NCBI RefSeq assembly: GCF_017309585.1
Contig: NZ_CP071321.1
Location: forward strand, 156,335 to 220,334
Source of the DNA: Nitrogeniibacter aestuarii
GTDB taxonomy: Bacteria; Pseudomonadota; Gammaproteobacteria; Burkholderiales; Rhodocyclaceae
Length of the DNA stretch: 64,000 bases
Reading direction: 5' to 3'
Positions 9,603-18,566 of this stretch are shown one piece after another; within the stretch, counting starts at the first letter, position 1; each line of letters begins with the position of its first letter. The translations under genes were made by a program, and so were the position numbers. The notes below the pieces were generated by a model, which did no database searches, had not been told where the DNA came from, and saw only the letters and a list, made by a program, of their open reading frames with translations.

Positions 9603-12560
9603 ATGTTTTCCGAGTTTTCCACCGCCACGCGGCTGTACGATCTGAGCTGGCGCGACAGCGGCCCTGAGTTGCTGGTCGAAGCCTGGTGGGGCCATGAGGC
9701 CCTGTCGCAGGGGTTCGAGCTGTGCATCGACGCGCTGTCGACCGACGCACACCTGGCGCTCAAGGACTTTCTGGGCAAGGCGGTGAGCCTGCGCTGCGCC
9801 CTGCCCGACGGCAGCGCCAGCACCCGCAGCGGTCTCGTGCGCGCCGCCTTCAAGCTGGGCAGCGACGGCGGCTTCACCCGCCACCGGCTGGTGGTGGTGC
9901 CCTGGAGCTGGCTGCTCACGCAAACGCGCAACAACCGCGTCTTCCAGGACAAGAGCGTGGTCCAGATCGTCGAACAGGTATTCGCCACCCACCAGCAGTT
10001 CGCTGCCTGGCAGTGGAGCGATGAAGTGGCAGGCTTTCTGGAGCGCGTGCGTCCCCGCAGCTACTGCGTGCAATACGGCGAAACCGACTACGCCTTCATT
10101 TCCCGCCTGCTGGCCGAAGAGGGCATCGGCTGGTGCATGGAAGAAGACGACAGCGCCCCGGCCGGCCACCGCATGCGCCTGTTCGCCGACAGCGGCGCCT
10201 TCCCCGAAGACGTCCAGTCCCAGGTGGGCGGCATCCGCTTTCACCGCGCCGACTCGCAGGAAGAGAGCGACGCCATCGTCGCGCTCGGCGCCCACCGCAA
10301 GCTCGGCCTGTCGGTGGGCACCACGCTCAGCTACGACTACAAGCACAAGAAGATCGTCGCCACCAGCCTGCCCAGCGTGCAGCGCCCCGGCGGCCCCAAC
10401 GCCCCGGTGCTCGAAGACTTCGACGACGCCGGGCTCTACGCCTACGCCGACCGGGCCGAAGCCGAGCACTACGCCGGGCTCATGCTCGAAGCGCGCGAAG
10501 CACGCTTCAAGACCTTCATCGGCCGCGGCACCGTGCGCAGCTTCCGCCCCGGGCTGGCCTTCAGCCTGAGCGAATCGACGCTCGACGCCCTGGTCGACTC
10601 ACCCGACGACGCCACCGACGAGAACGCCACCCGCTTCGGCCTGCGCTCGGTGCTGCATGTGGGCATCAACAACCTCACCGGCGAAGCCATGGCCAGCATC
10701 GCCAAGCGCCTGTCCGGCGCACTGCACACCGACCCCGGCGCCTGGGAAGAGGCCGAGACACCCCGCGCCGACATCGCCCACGCCCCCGCCCAACTGCCCG
10801 ATCGCATCCTCGAACTGGCCTGCGAGCGCGGCTACGGCAACCAGTTCGACACCCAACGCCTCAGCGTGCCCTGGCGCCCCGTACTGGCCGACGGCACCGG
10901 CGAGCGCCTCAACCCGCGCCCCACCGCCCCCGGCCCCATGACCGCCATCGTCGTCGGCCCGCAGGGCGAAGCCAGCCCCAATGGTGCCGACGAGCTCTAC
11001 TGCGACAAATACGGACGCATCAAGGTGCGCTTCCACTGGCAGCAAGGCCTCGAAGCGGACGACAACCGCAGCTGCTGGCTGCGCGTGGCCAGCCGCCAGG
11101 CCGGCGAAGGCATGGGCTGGCAGTTTCTCCCGCGTATCGGGCAGGAAGTGCTCGTGGGCTTCCTGGGGCAGGACATCGACCGCCCCATCGTCATCGGCGC
11201 GCTCTACAACGGTCGGGGCGAGGGTGGCGTCGCCCCCACCCCGGGCGGCGAGACCGGCAGCGAATCGGACACCAGCGTCTTCACCCAGGCCACCGACCAC
11301 AGCCCCTCCGCCCAGGGCAACCTCAGCGCCGGCAACAGCCCCGCCTGGCACGGCGGCGCCTCCACGGGCCACGGCCACGCCGCTGCCCTGACCGGCTTCA
11401 AGACCAAGGAGTTTGGTGCCAACGGCAGCTACGCCGGCTACAACCAGCTCGTCTTCGACGACACTGACAGCCAGCAGCGCGTGCAGCTCAAGAGCACCGA
11501 ATCGACCAGCGAACTCAACCTCGGCCACCTCATCCACCAGGCCGACAACTACCGCGGCTCCTTCCGTGGCACCGGCGTCGAACTCAGAACCGATGCCTGG
11601 GGCGCCCTGCGCGCCGGCAACGGCTTGCTCATGAGCACCTGGGCCAAAGGCAGTGACCGAGAACCGGCCGGCGACAACAGCGCCGGCATGGCCCTGCTCA
11701 AGCAAGCCACCACCCTAGGCGAAACCCTCTCGGGCGCCGCCAAGACCCACCAGACCGTGCAACTGGCCAGCGCCCTGGGCTCCCAGGCCGCCAACCAGAG
11801 CGCCATCGACCCCGACGCCGCCCCCCTCAAGGCCCTGCACACCGTCGCCAGTGGCATGGTCGCCCGGGACAGCACCGGCGCCGCGAACAGCGACGCGGGC
11901 GCCAAGAACACCGCCGTGGGCGATGGCAAAGTCCCGCATCTCACCGATGCCGCCATCGTCCAGGCCGCCAAAGCCGGCCTGGCCATGGTTGCCGGGCAAC
12001 ACCTGCAATGGACCGTGGGCGAGACCGCCACCCTCATGAGCGGCCAGGACACCAACTTCGCCATCGCCGGCAAGACCCGTATCCACACCGGCCAGGCCAT
12101 CGGCCTGCTCGCCGGCGCCATTCAGCCCGGCGAGCAGAACACCGGCATCAAGCTCATTGCCGCACAAGGCGACATCGATGCCCAGGCCCAGAGCGACGAG
12201 ATGAAGTTCCAGAGCAAGAAGGACCTCAAACTCGTCTCGGCCAGCGCCAACATCGACTTTGCGGCGGCCAAGAAGATCGTCATGTCAGTCGGGGGCGGGG
12301 CGAGCATCACCATCGACGGGGGCATCACCGTGCAGTGCCCGGGGACGATTACGGTGCATGCGAGCAAGAAGAGTTTTAGTGGGCCGACGAGCGAGAGTTA
12401 CGCGTTGCCCGTCATGCCCACTGAGAACAGCGACTGGGTCAAGGTTGACGCGGTATACGACGACGCCTGGAACACCCGTTGGCCCTTGGACGACATGAAG
12501 CTCGATCTTGGCGGACAGCCGCTGGCCACCCACTTCAACCTCCCCAAGACCAAGGAGTAA
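9603..12560 (+). CDS. vgrG: Type VI secretion system spike protein VgrG
   Basis: 985 aa. gp27/gp5-like N-terminal modules (FELCIDALSTDAHLALKDFLGKAV, YCVQYGETDYAFISRLLAEEGIGW). G-rich beta-helical repeat region. ATG at 9603 is inside the longer tracked ORF and has an upstream purine-rich region. Confidence 0.9.
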   Translation: MFSEFSTATRLYDLSWRDSGPELLVEAWWGHEALSQGFELCIDALSTDAHLALKDFLGKAVSLRCALPDGSASTRSGLVRAAFKLGSDGGFTRHRLVVVPWSWLLTQTRNNRVFQDKSVVQIVEQVFATHQQFAAWQWSDEVAGFLERVRPRSYCVQYGETDYAFISRLLAEEGIGWCMEEDDSAPAGHRMRLFADSGAFPEDVQSQVGGIRFHRADSQEESDAIVALGAHRKLGLSVGTTLSYDYKHKKIVATSLPSVQRPGGPNAPVLEDFDDAGLYAYADRAEAEHYAGLMLEAREARFKTFIGRGTVRSFRPGLAFSLSESTLDALVDSPDDATDENATRFGLRSVLHVGINNLTGEAMASIAKRLSGALHTDPGAWEEAETPRADIAHAPAQLPDRILELACERGYGNQFDTQRLSVPWRPVLADGTGERLNPRPTAPGPMTAIVVGPQGEASPNGADELYCDKYGRIKVRFHWQQGLEADDNRSCWLRVASRQAGEGMGWQFLPRIGQEVLVGFLGQDIDRPIVIGALYNGRGEGGVAPTPGGETGSESDTSVFTQATDHSPSAQGNLSAGNSPAWHGGASTGHGHAAALTGFKTKEFGANGSYAGYNQLVFDDTDSQQRVQLKSTESTSELNLGHLIHQADNYRGSFRGTGVELRTDAWGALRAGNGLLMSTWAKGSDREPAGDNSAGMALLKQATTLGETLSGAAKTHQTVQLASALGSQAANQSAIDPDAAPLKALHTVASGMVARDSTGAANSDAGAKNTAVGDGKVPHLTDAAIVQAAKAGLAMVAGQHLQWTVGETATLMSGQDTNFAIAGKTRIHTGQAIGLLAGAIQPGEQNTGIKLIAAQGDIDAQAQSDEMKFQSKKDLKLVSASANIDFAAAKKIVMSVGGGASITIDGGITVQCPGTITVHASKKSFSGPTSESYALPVMPTENSDWVKVDAVYDDAWNTRWPLDDMKLDLGGQPLATHFNLPKTKE

Positions 12561-12566
12561 GGCCAG

Positions 12567-13769
12567 ATGGCTTCGGAAGACGAGGGCGCGAAGAAGTTGC
12601 TCACCCCACAGGGCGGCTCCGTCGCCGTGATGGCAAATCCGAGAAATGTCAGTGAGAAGGAGATTCACGACGACAGATTGCTGATCATTCAACGCCTTGA
12701 CGGTTGCTATGGCAATCTCGTTGAGCACATGGCACCAATGCAGGCGGCCTGGGATGCCAACCCCATGGTCGCGTTGGGCGAAGCGGCCATCGACGGTGCC
12801 AGCGCTGGTGTTGGTGACTGGGCCGACGACTTTGCCGACATGTTCGACAAGAAGACGTGGGTCGCGTTGGGGGACAAGTTGGAGCATGCGGCAGGCGCCG
12901 TCTACGACACCACCCGCGAGTATGCGGCGGATGTCTACCAGCGCATCGACGCGCTCTTCGAGAACGCCGACGATACCCTCGCCAACTGGGCATGGTGGCA
13001 AAGCCAGATCGAATCGGCCGAGCAGGCCGTCGTTGACGATCTCCAGCGAAAGTACGAAGCGATGAGGGAAACGGTTGATGACATCGAGGAGGTCATTGCC
13101 ATCGCCCAGCGGGTGTGGGCCTATCGGGACGACATTCTCAACCTCCCTAAGCTGATTGCAGAAGGTGACGCCAAAGCGGTGCAAGCCTTTGTCGACAACA
13201 CACTACCGAAGATCGACAAGGAACTGGCCGATGGCATTCGCAACGACCCGAATTTCTACGTCGTGCTGGAGATCATTCAGGACAATGACAGCGCGCTGGC
13301 CTATCTGAGTTACGTCAGCCTGGCCATCGAAGCCGTGCCGCCCAACTTCTACGCCTACCACGCCGGCAAGGGCGGCGCCTACCTGATGATTGAAGTGGTG
13401 CTGCTGATCGTCACCGCACTGCTATCGGCCGGCACCGTCGCCGCAGCACGCATCGCCGCACTCGGCGCGCGAATTGCCGCCAGCAGCGCCAAGGTCGCCG
13501 GCGTTGCCCGCAAGGTCGAAGCGGCGCAACGCGCCTTCGCCGCCTTTGTCCGCATGCTCGACGACTTCTCGGCCGCCGCCAACCAGCTCCACGCCCTGGG
13601 CGCCAAGCTCAACGTGGCGCGCCAGCGCGGCCTGCGTGTTGCGGGCAGCACAAAAACCACCATCACCGCCCGCCGCGCCGCCATCAAGCGCGACCGCCGC
13701 TGCCGCATCTGCGGCAGCAGCAAACACAGCACACCGCACGGGCGGCTGGGCACGGTCGAGTACGAATAA
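12567..13769 (+). CDS. VgrG-linked hypothetical protein; probable carrier/N-terminal part of a T6SS effector
   Basis: Starts 6 nt after the vgrG stop with RBS CAAGGAG. Hydrophobic/Ala-rich segment near residues 265-330. In the same reading frame as the downstream AHH gene, separated only by TAA at 13767-13769. Confidence 0.5.
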   Translation: MASEDEGAKKLLTPQGGSVAVMANPRNVSEKEIHDDRLLIIQRLDGCYGNLVEHMAPMQAAWDANPMVALGEAAIDGASAGVGDWADDFADMFDKKTWVALGDKLEHAAGAVYDTTREYAADVYQRIDALFENADDTLANWAWWQSQIESAEQAVVDDLQRKYEAMRETVDDIEEVIAIAQRVWAYRDDILNLPKLIAEGDAKAVQAFVDNTLPKIDKELADGIRNDPNFYVVLEIIQDNDSALAYLSYVSLAIEAVPPNFYAYHAGKGGAYLMIEVVLLIVTALLSAGTVAAARIAALGARIAASSAKVAGVARKVEAAQRAFAAFVRMLDDFSAAANQLHALGAKLNVARQRGLRVAGSTKTTITARRAAIKRDRRCRICGSSKHSTPHGRLGTVEYE

Positions 13770-13784
13770 GGAGAAGAAGGCACA

Positions 13785-14462
13785 ATGCTCGGCAACGTAC
13801 TGAAGGACGCCAAGTACCTCAAACGCATCAAGGACGCCACGGACCTGCTCTCCGACCCCGGCCACCCGCGCCACCACGGAATCAAGATGCAGGCGCATCA
13901 TGTGATTTCGGCGGAGGGGGTGAAGAAGTCTGGTCTTGGGAACGATCTCGTTCGATTTGGCTATGACATCAACCTGTTGGACAATCTGGTCTTCATTCCC
14001 TCGACGCTACAGGGCGCGTGCCACTTGGGCGTGCAGCCGCACCGGGGAGATCACAGGGCGCCGGTCGAGGGGGATGAGTTTGATGATGATCGGAAGCGAC
14101 CGGATGACTACCATAGAACGATCGCCAAGCGAGTCAATGAGTTGAAGCGCCTGCTTACCGACAATTGCCCGGCCGAGGATCCGGACCGGCGGCGGACGAT
14201 TCACCAGAAGATGGATGAGATCAGCAAGAAAATTGCGAAACTCATCCGAATCGTCCCGAGTAAAGCTCCTCTGACGAGAGTTGCGAAGCACTTCGGCCCG
14301 ACATCAAAGATCGGCTGCGGCGGGGTCGATTCGATTCCTCGCCACGAAGACCATCCCTGCCCGGTGGAGCGACATCACCACGGTCAGCAAGGCCCCGGCC
14401 AGAAGGACGAGCAAATCACATACCGGAAAGATAAGCCGTATCAGTTGAAGGTGGGACGATGA
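13785..14462 (+). CDS. AHH-family HNH/EndoVII-fold nuclease toxin domain protein
   Basis: A-H-H motif in MQAHHVISAEGVKKSG. Followed by DINLLDNLVFIPST and a His-rich segment (GACHLGVQPHRGDH), as expected for AHH nucleases of polymorphic toxin systems. Stop overlaps the first immunity-like gene (ATGA). Confidence 0.72.
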   Translation: MLGNVLKDAKYLKRIKDATDLLSDPGHPRHHGIKMQAHHVISAEGVKKSGLGNDLVRFGYDINLLDNLVFIPSTLQGACHLGVQPHRGDHRAPVEGDEFDDDRKRPDDYHRTIAKRVNELKRLLTDNCPAEDPDRRRTIHQKMDEISKKIAKLIRIVPSKAPLTRVAKHFGPTSKIGCGGVDSIPRHEDHPCPVERHHHGQQGPGQKDEQITYRKDKPYQLKVGR

Positions 14463-15085
14463 GCGCAGGCAGGTTTGACAATGACTACTATTTTGTCCAC
14501 GAAGTCCCTCACGATGAGCGTCTTCCATACCTGACACCCGATGAAGACACGTCGCGCAAACCCTATACGTCCAAGCGACTCCCGATGCATACCAAACCGT
14601 TGATTTTCCACAACGGCTCCTTGGATTATCAAAAGGCGAACCGCATCACTCCGTACGATCCGCCCCCGGAAATCCTCTTCAGTGGCTCCGACGTTGTCGT
14701 CAAGGACAAGCTGCGCGACAAACTCCTGCCGCTGGAAATTCCCAACCTCGCCATCCAGCCGGCGATCTACATCGACCACAAAAACAACTGGCACGAGGAC
14801 TACTGGTATCTGACATTCACCGAGTTGTTCGATTGCTGGGATCGAGAGAGGTCTTACTACGACCCCGATCCGGTCGATTTCGACGATGTGAAGCTCTACG
14901 AGGTGTACACCTACTCGCTCGACGAAAAGGTGTTGGAAGAAACGCCGCTCGAATCTCGGCGCCTGTTCAAGATGGGTAGCACCACGGAAGGTCCGGTTGT
15001 CGTCCACGTCTCCATTGCAAGCTGGTTCGGACTTAGCGGCGCAGTGCTTGTGCCCATCGCCGAGTATGGGGTGTCATTTCCCTGA
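14459..15085 (+). CDS. putative immunity protein, tandem paralog 1 of 3 (207 aa)
   Basis: Immediately downstream of, and ATGA-coupled to, the AHH toxin gene. Shares the conserved core LPLEIPNLAIQPAIYIDHKNNWHEDYWYLTFTELFDCWDRER with paralogs 2 and 3. No secretion signal. Confidence 0.6.
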   Translation: MSAGRFDNDYYFVHEVPHDERLPYLTPDEDTSRKPYTSKRLPMHTKPLIFHNGSLDYQKANRITPYDPPPEILFSGSDVVVKDKLRDKLLPLEIPNLAIQPAIYIDHKNNWHEDYWYLTFTELFDCWDRERSYYDPDPVDFDDVKLYEVYTYSLDEKVLEETPLESRRLFKMGSTTEGPVVVHVSIASWFGLSGAVLVPIAEYGVSFP

Positions 15086-15112
15086 AGCGAGAGCGGTGTT
15101 GAAGGTCGGACG

Positions 15113-15736
15113 ATGAGCACAGGAAAATTCGATAGCGACTACTACTTTGTTAGAAAAGCGCAAGACGAGCGTTTGCCGTCGTTGACACCCGACGAAGATA
15201 CATCTCGCAAGCCTTATACGTCGGAGCGGCTTCCGATGCATACCAAGCCATTGATCTTCTTCAACGGTGCGTCGGATTTTCAGAAGAGCAATCACATACG
15301 GCCAAGTGACCCGGCTCCAGACATCCTTTTCAGCGGTTCGGATGTCCTCGTCAAAGACGAAGTACGCGATAAACTTCTGCCGCTGGAAATCCCCAACCTC
15401 GCCATCCAGCCTGCCATCTACATCGACCACAAGAACAACTGGCATGAGGACTACTGGTATCTGACGTTCACCGAGTTGTTCGATTGCTGGGATCGTGAGC
15501 GATCGTCATATCGGCCCAAGCCCATCGATTTCGATGGAGTGAAGATCTACAACGTACGTCAATATTCCCTGAACGATGACCTGCTTGACGAAACCCCACT
15601 CGAGTCCAGACGGCTGTTCAAGATGGGTGGCACGCTGGATGGCTTCGTCGTCGTCCATGTCTCCATTGCGAGCTGGTTCGGACTCAGCGGCGCAGTGCTT
15701 GTGCCCATCGCCGAGTACGGGGTGTCATTTCCTTGA
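15113..15736 (+). CDS. putative immunity protein, tandem paralog 2 of 3 (207 aa)
   Basis: Divergent N-terminal ~60 aa and residues ~135-170. Conserved core and C-terminus. Preceded by a 27-nt spacer whose last 17 nt mimic the 3' end of the AHH gene. Confidence 0.6.
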   Translation: MSTGKFDSDYYFVRKAQDERLPSLTPDEDTSRKPYTSERLPMHTKPLIFFNGASDFQKSNHIRPSDPAPDILFSGSDVLVKDEVRDKLLPLEIPNLAIQPAIYIDHKNNWHEDYWYLTFTELFDCWDRERSSYRPKPIDFDGVKIYNVRQYSLNDDLLDETPLESRRLFKMGGTLDGFVVVHVSIASWFGLSGAVLVPIAEYGVSFP

Positions 15737-15763
15737 AGCGAGAGCGGTGCTGAAGGTCGGACG

Positions 15764-16387
15764 ATGAGCACAGGAAAATTCGACGGCGAATACTATTTCG
15801 TGCTGAAGGACAGGGCAGAGGGAATGCCAGAAATGACGCCGGATGAGGACACCGCAAGGAAGGGCTATCGGTTCACTCGGCTTCCGCTGCACACGAAGCC
15901 TCTGATATTTCACAACGGCTCATTGGAGCATCAACGAGCAAATCGAATTAGGCCCATCGACCCGCCTCCCGAAATTCTATTCGATGGCTCCGACGTCCTC
16001 GTCAAAGACGAAGTACGCGACAAACTCCTGCCGCTTGAAATCCCAAACCTCGCCATCCAGCCTGCCATCTACATCGACCACAAGAACAACTGGCATGAGG
16101 ACTACTGGTATCTGACATTCACCGAGTTGTTCGATTGCTGGGATCGAGAGAGGTCTTACTACGACCCCGATCCGGTCGATTTCGACGATGTGAAGCTCTA
16201 CGAGGTGTACACCTACTCGCTCGACGAAAAGGAGTTGGAAGAAACCCCGCTCGAATCTCGGCGCCTGTTCAAGATGGGTAGCACCACGGAAGGTCCGGTT
16301 GTCGTCCACGTCTCCATCGCGAGCTGGTTCGGGCGCAGCGGCGCAGTGCTGGTGCCCATCGTCGAGTACGGGGTGTCATTTCCCTAA
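15764..16387 (+). CDS. putative immunity protein, tandem paralog 3 of 3 (207 aa)
   Basis: C-terminal 150 aa nearly identical to paralog 1. N-terminus distinct. Same junction sequence as paralog 2. Confidence 0.6.
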   Translation: MSTGKFDGEYYFVLKDRAEGMPEMTPDEDTARKGYRFTRLPLHTKPLIFHNGSLEHQRANRIRPIDPPPEILFDGSDVLVKDEVRDKLLPLEIPNLAIQPAIYIDHKNNWHEDYWYLTFTELFDCWDRERSYYDPDPVDFDDVKLYEVYTYSLDEKELEETPLESRRLFKMGSTTEGPVVVHVSIASWFGRSGAVLVPIVEYGVSFP

Positions 16388-17284
16388 GACCGTCTTGGCC
16401 TCCGATTTGGTGCTTCCCTTGGATACAAATTTTCAAGGCTGGATGGAAATTGCTTGGGCCCGAAGACATCCCTGCTCGAAGCCTGCGACGAGTACGTCAC
16501 CTTGCTCAACCTGCGCAACTGGGAAAAGCTTTGCGAGCGCTACGTGACCGAACAGATCTACGTGCACTCAAAGCTGATGGTTGTGGATGACCGGATCGCG
16601 CTCATTGGCAGTGCCAACATCGATGACCGCAGCTTGCTGGGCGAACGCGATTCGGAACTGGCGGTACTGGTGATTGACGACACCCATGAGAAGGCCGACA
16701 TCGGCCTGGGCCGGCAGACGCCGGTGCGCAAGTTTGCGCGGGAACTGCGCATGGACATCTGGAAGAAGCTGTTCGGAATCACCGGCAATGTGCGCCCGGC
16801 CACGCATCTGCAGGCGGCCATCGAACAGCCGGTCAAGCCAGCCAGTTGGAAGGCGATTCAGAAGCAGGCGCGGGAGAATGCCGAGGCGTATGAGAAGGCG
16901 TTTGAGTTTGTTCCGAGGAATTGGGTAGATGAGGTCGAAGGCAGGGTTCCTGCCAAGATCTTGCCCACTTGGGATTCAAGCTCCGACGTGCCTGAGGGAA
17001 TAGCGGCCAATTGGGGAAAGAAAGGCTATCTGAAATCGCCATTACCGTTCCAGTCGGAATTCTGGGGTAAGCCACGTTACAACCCGACCGCCGTGGCCGG
17101 CCTCAACGACATCAAAGGATTCATTACCGCCCTGCCCGTTCACTGGACCGAAGGCGAGAATATCAAGTTTGTGTTCCCGACATCGCTAGTGGTGCAGAAC
17201 GATCGTACACCGGCCGGTACGCCGCTAAAGACCGCTTGGGACGCAACGCAAGAAGACCAAGCTATAACGGACGAACACGTATGA
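16388..17284 (+). pseudogene. Orphan C-terminal fragment of a phospholipase D-family (Tle5-like) T6SS effector; no start codon
   Basis: Frame opens immediately after the TAA of immunity paralog 3, with no ATG/GTG and no RBS. Contains one PLD HKD motif (HSKLMVVDDRIALIGSANIDDRS = HxKx4Dx6GSxN). The first HKD repeat is missing. ATGA overlap with the downstream lipoprotein gene. Confidence 0.65.
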
Positions 17285-18375
17285 GCTACCGGAATATTGC
17301 GATGGCCCTCGGGCTTTGTCTGCCGCTGGGCGCTTGCGCCGACAAGCCTGCAAACCAGACATGGCCAATCGAATGCGTAGGGCGCATGCAGATTTCGTTG
17401 CCGGGCGAGGCCGATCAGGCAGCCTTACCAAGTTCGGCATTCATTGAACAGTTTGCCGCAACTCAGACAAAGCGTATCCGGCACACGTACTCAGATGGGT
17501 CGTACGCTTCGCGGGTCAATTTATATTTTCGCGCCGGCGTGGAAGTCAGTCAAAAACTCAGCAATCAGGAAGTCGCGAATCTGAAGGGGGCCATCAAGGA
17601 GCGAAATATCCGGGTACAGCAGCATGCGAAAGACCAAGGCGGACAAGTGACATATTTGAATACTGGTCCGCTTGAAGGCTCAGTGCTGGTGCGAAGCGAT
17701 GTGTTTTACATCTCTTCCACATTGATATTTGGCCAACATGCGCTGACATGGAAACTTCGCACGGACGAAAAACGCTTTGACGAAGTGAAGGCTTTGGCTA
17801 ACGGTTTGAGCACGAACCTTCGTCCCCGCCCCCTTTTCGACACCCCCCACGAACCTGGCGTCTGCCTGCCCTATGCCTTCATCCGCGACGACGGCACCAC
17901 CCCGCACAGCATCGCCATGAGCTACCGGCTCAATGATCACCCGGACATCGTCATCAATCTGGAGAGCAGTAGCGCAAGCCCCACACCGAAAAAGGGCGAC
18001 CATGCCCGCCCGGATACCGTCACAGACGAGACGCGCACGAGTGATTTCTGGAACCAGCAGATGACATGGCTGCACACGTTCAAAACCCACTGGAAGCGCC
18101 CATTCTCCATGCGCAGTGTGGACATCGCCGGTCGTAAAGGCACGGCATCGTTCGTGGAAGTGGTGCGCGAAAAAGGCGGTCCCACCGACCACATCTATCT
18201 CGTGGTCGCGCGCGGCAATCCGGACGCCCCCGAGGCTGAGCCGGACATCCGCTTGTTCGTCGAGCAGACGCAGGAGAACGCCACCAAGCGCGGCATTACG
18301 CCGCTGACGCAGGACGAGGTGCAAGCGCTGGCCGAGCAGATCACTGCGAGCGTGTCGATCAGGCCCACTCTCTGA
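17281..18375 (+). CDS. lipoprotein, putative periplasmic immunity protein (Tli-like) for the PLD effector
   Basis: Signal peptide plus lipobox (MALGLCLPLGAC). Translationally coupled to the PLD fragment. Matches the usual tle-tli arrangement. Confidence 0.55.
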   Translation: MSYRNIAMALGLCLPLGACADKPANQTWPIECVGRMQISLPGEADQAALPSSAFIEQFAATQTKRIRHTYSDGSYASRVNLYFRAGVEVSQKLSNQEVANLKGAIKERNIRVQQHAKDQGGQVTYLNTGPLEGSVLVRSDVFYISSTLIFGQHALTWKLRTDEKRFDEVKALANGLSTNLRPRPLFDTPHEPGVCLPYAFIRDDGTTPHSIAMSYRLNDHPDIVINLESSSASPTPKKGDHARPDTVTDETRTSDFWNQQMTWLHTFKTHWKRPFSMRSVDIAGRKGTASFVEVVREKGGPTDHIYLVVARGNPDAPEAEPDIRLFVEQTQENATKRGITPLTQDEVQALAEQITASVSIRPTL

Positions 18376-18519
18376 TCGCTTACCGCAAGTCTTCTGGACC
18401 ATGCAAACCCTCGTGGGTGGCCGTAAGAGCCTGCTCAACGGCATTCGCAGGGGGTTGAAGGCACTGCTGGTTGCAGTAGGCTGGCAAACCGTTGCGCCAA
18501 AAGATCGATGAAGAAGTTA

Positions 18520-18548
18520 ATCAGGGCGCCGCGGCGCCCTGATTTATT
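18520..18548 (-). terminator. Palindromic GC hairpin terminator (bidirectional), downstream of phasin
   Basis: TCAGGGCGCCGCGGCGCCCTGA followed by TTTATTG. Lies between the convergent island end and the phasin stop. Confidence 0.5.
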
Positions 18549-18566
18549 GCGTTCAAGCCCGGAAGT

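Noticed and set aside
12567-14462. Annotating the carrier ORF and the AHH ORF as a single fused effector gene
   Set aside because: The in-frame TAA is seen directly and the downstream ATG has its own RBS-like sequence. Both are kept as separate ORFs and the frame relationship is flagged as a finding.
14459-16387. CRISPR-like array interpretation of the tandem repeats
   Set aside because: The repeat unit is a ~650-bp protein-coding gene with divergent internal blocks, not 25-40-bp direct repeats with unique spacers. There are no cas genes.
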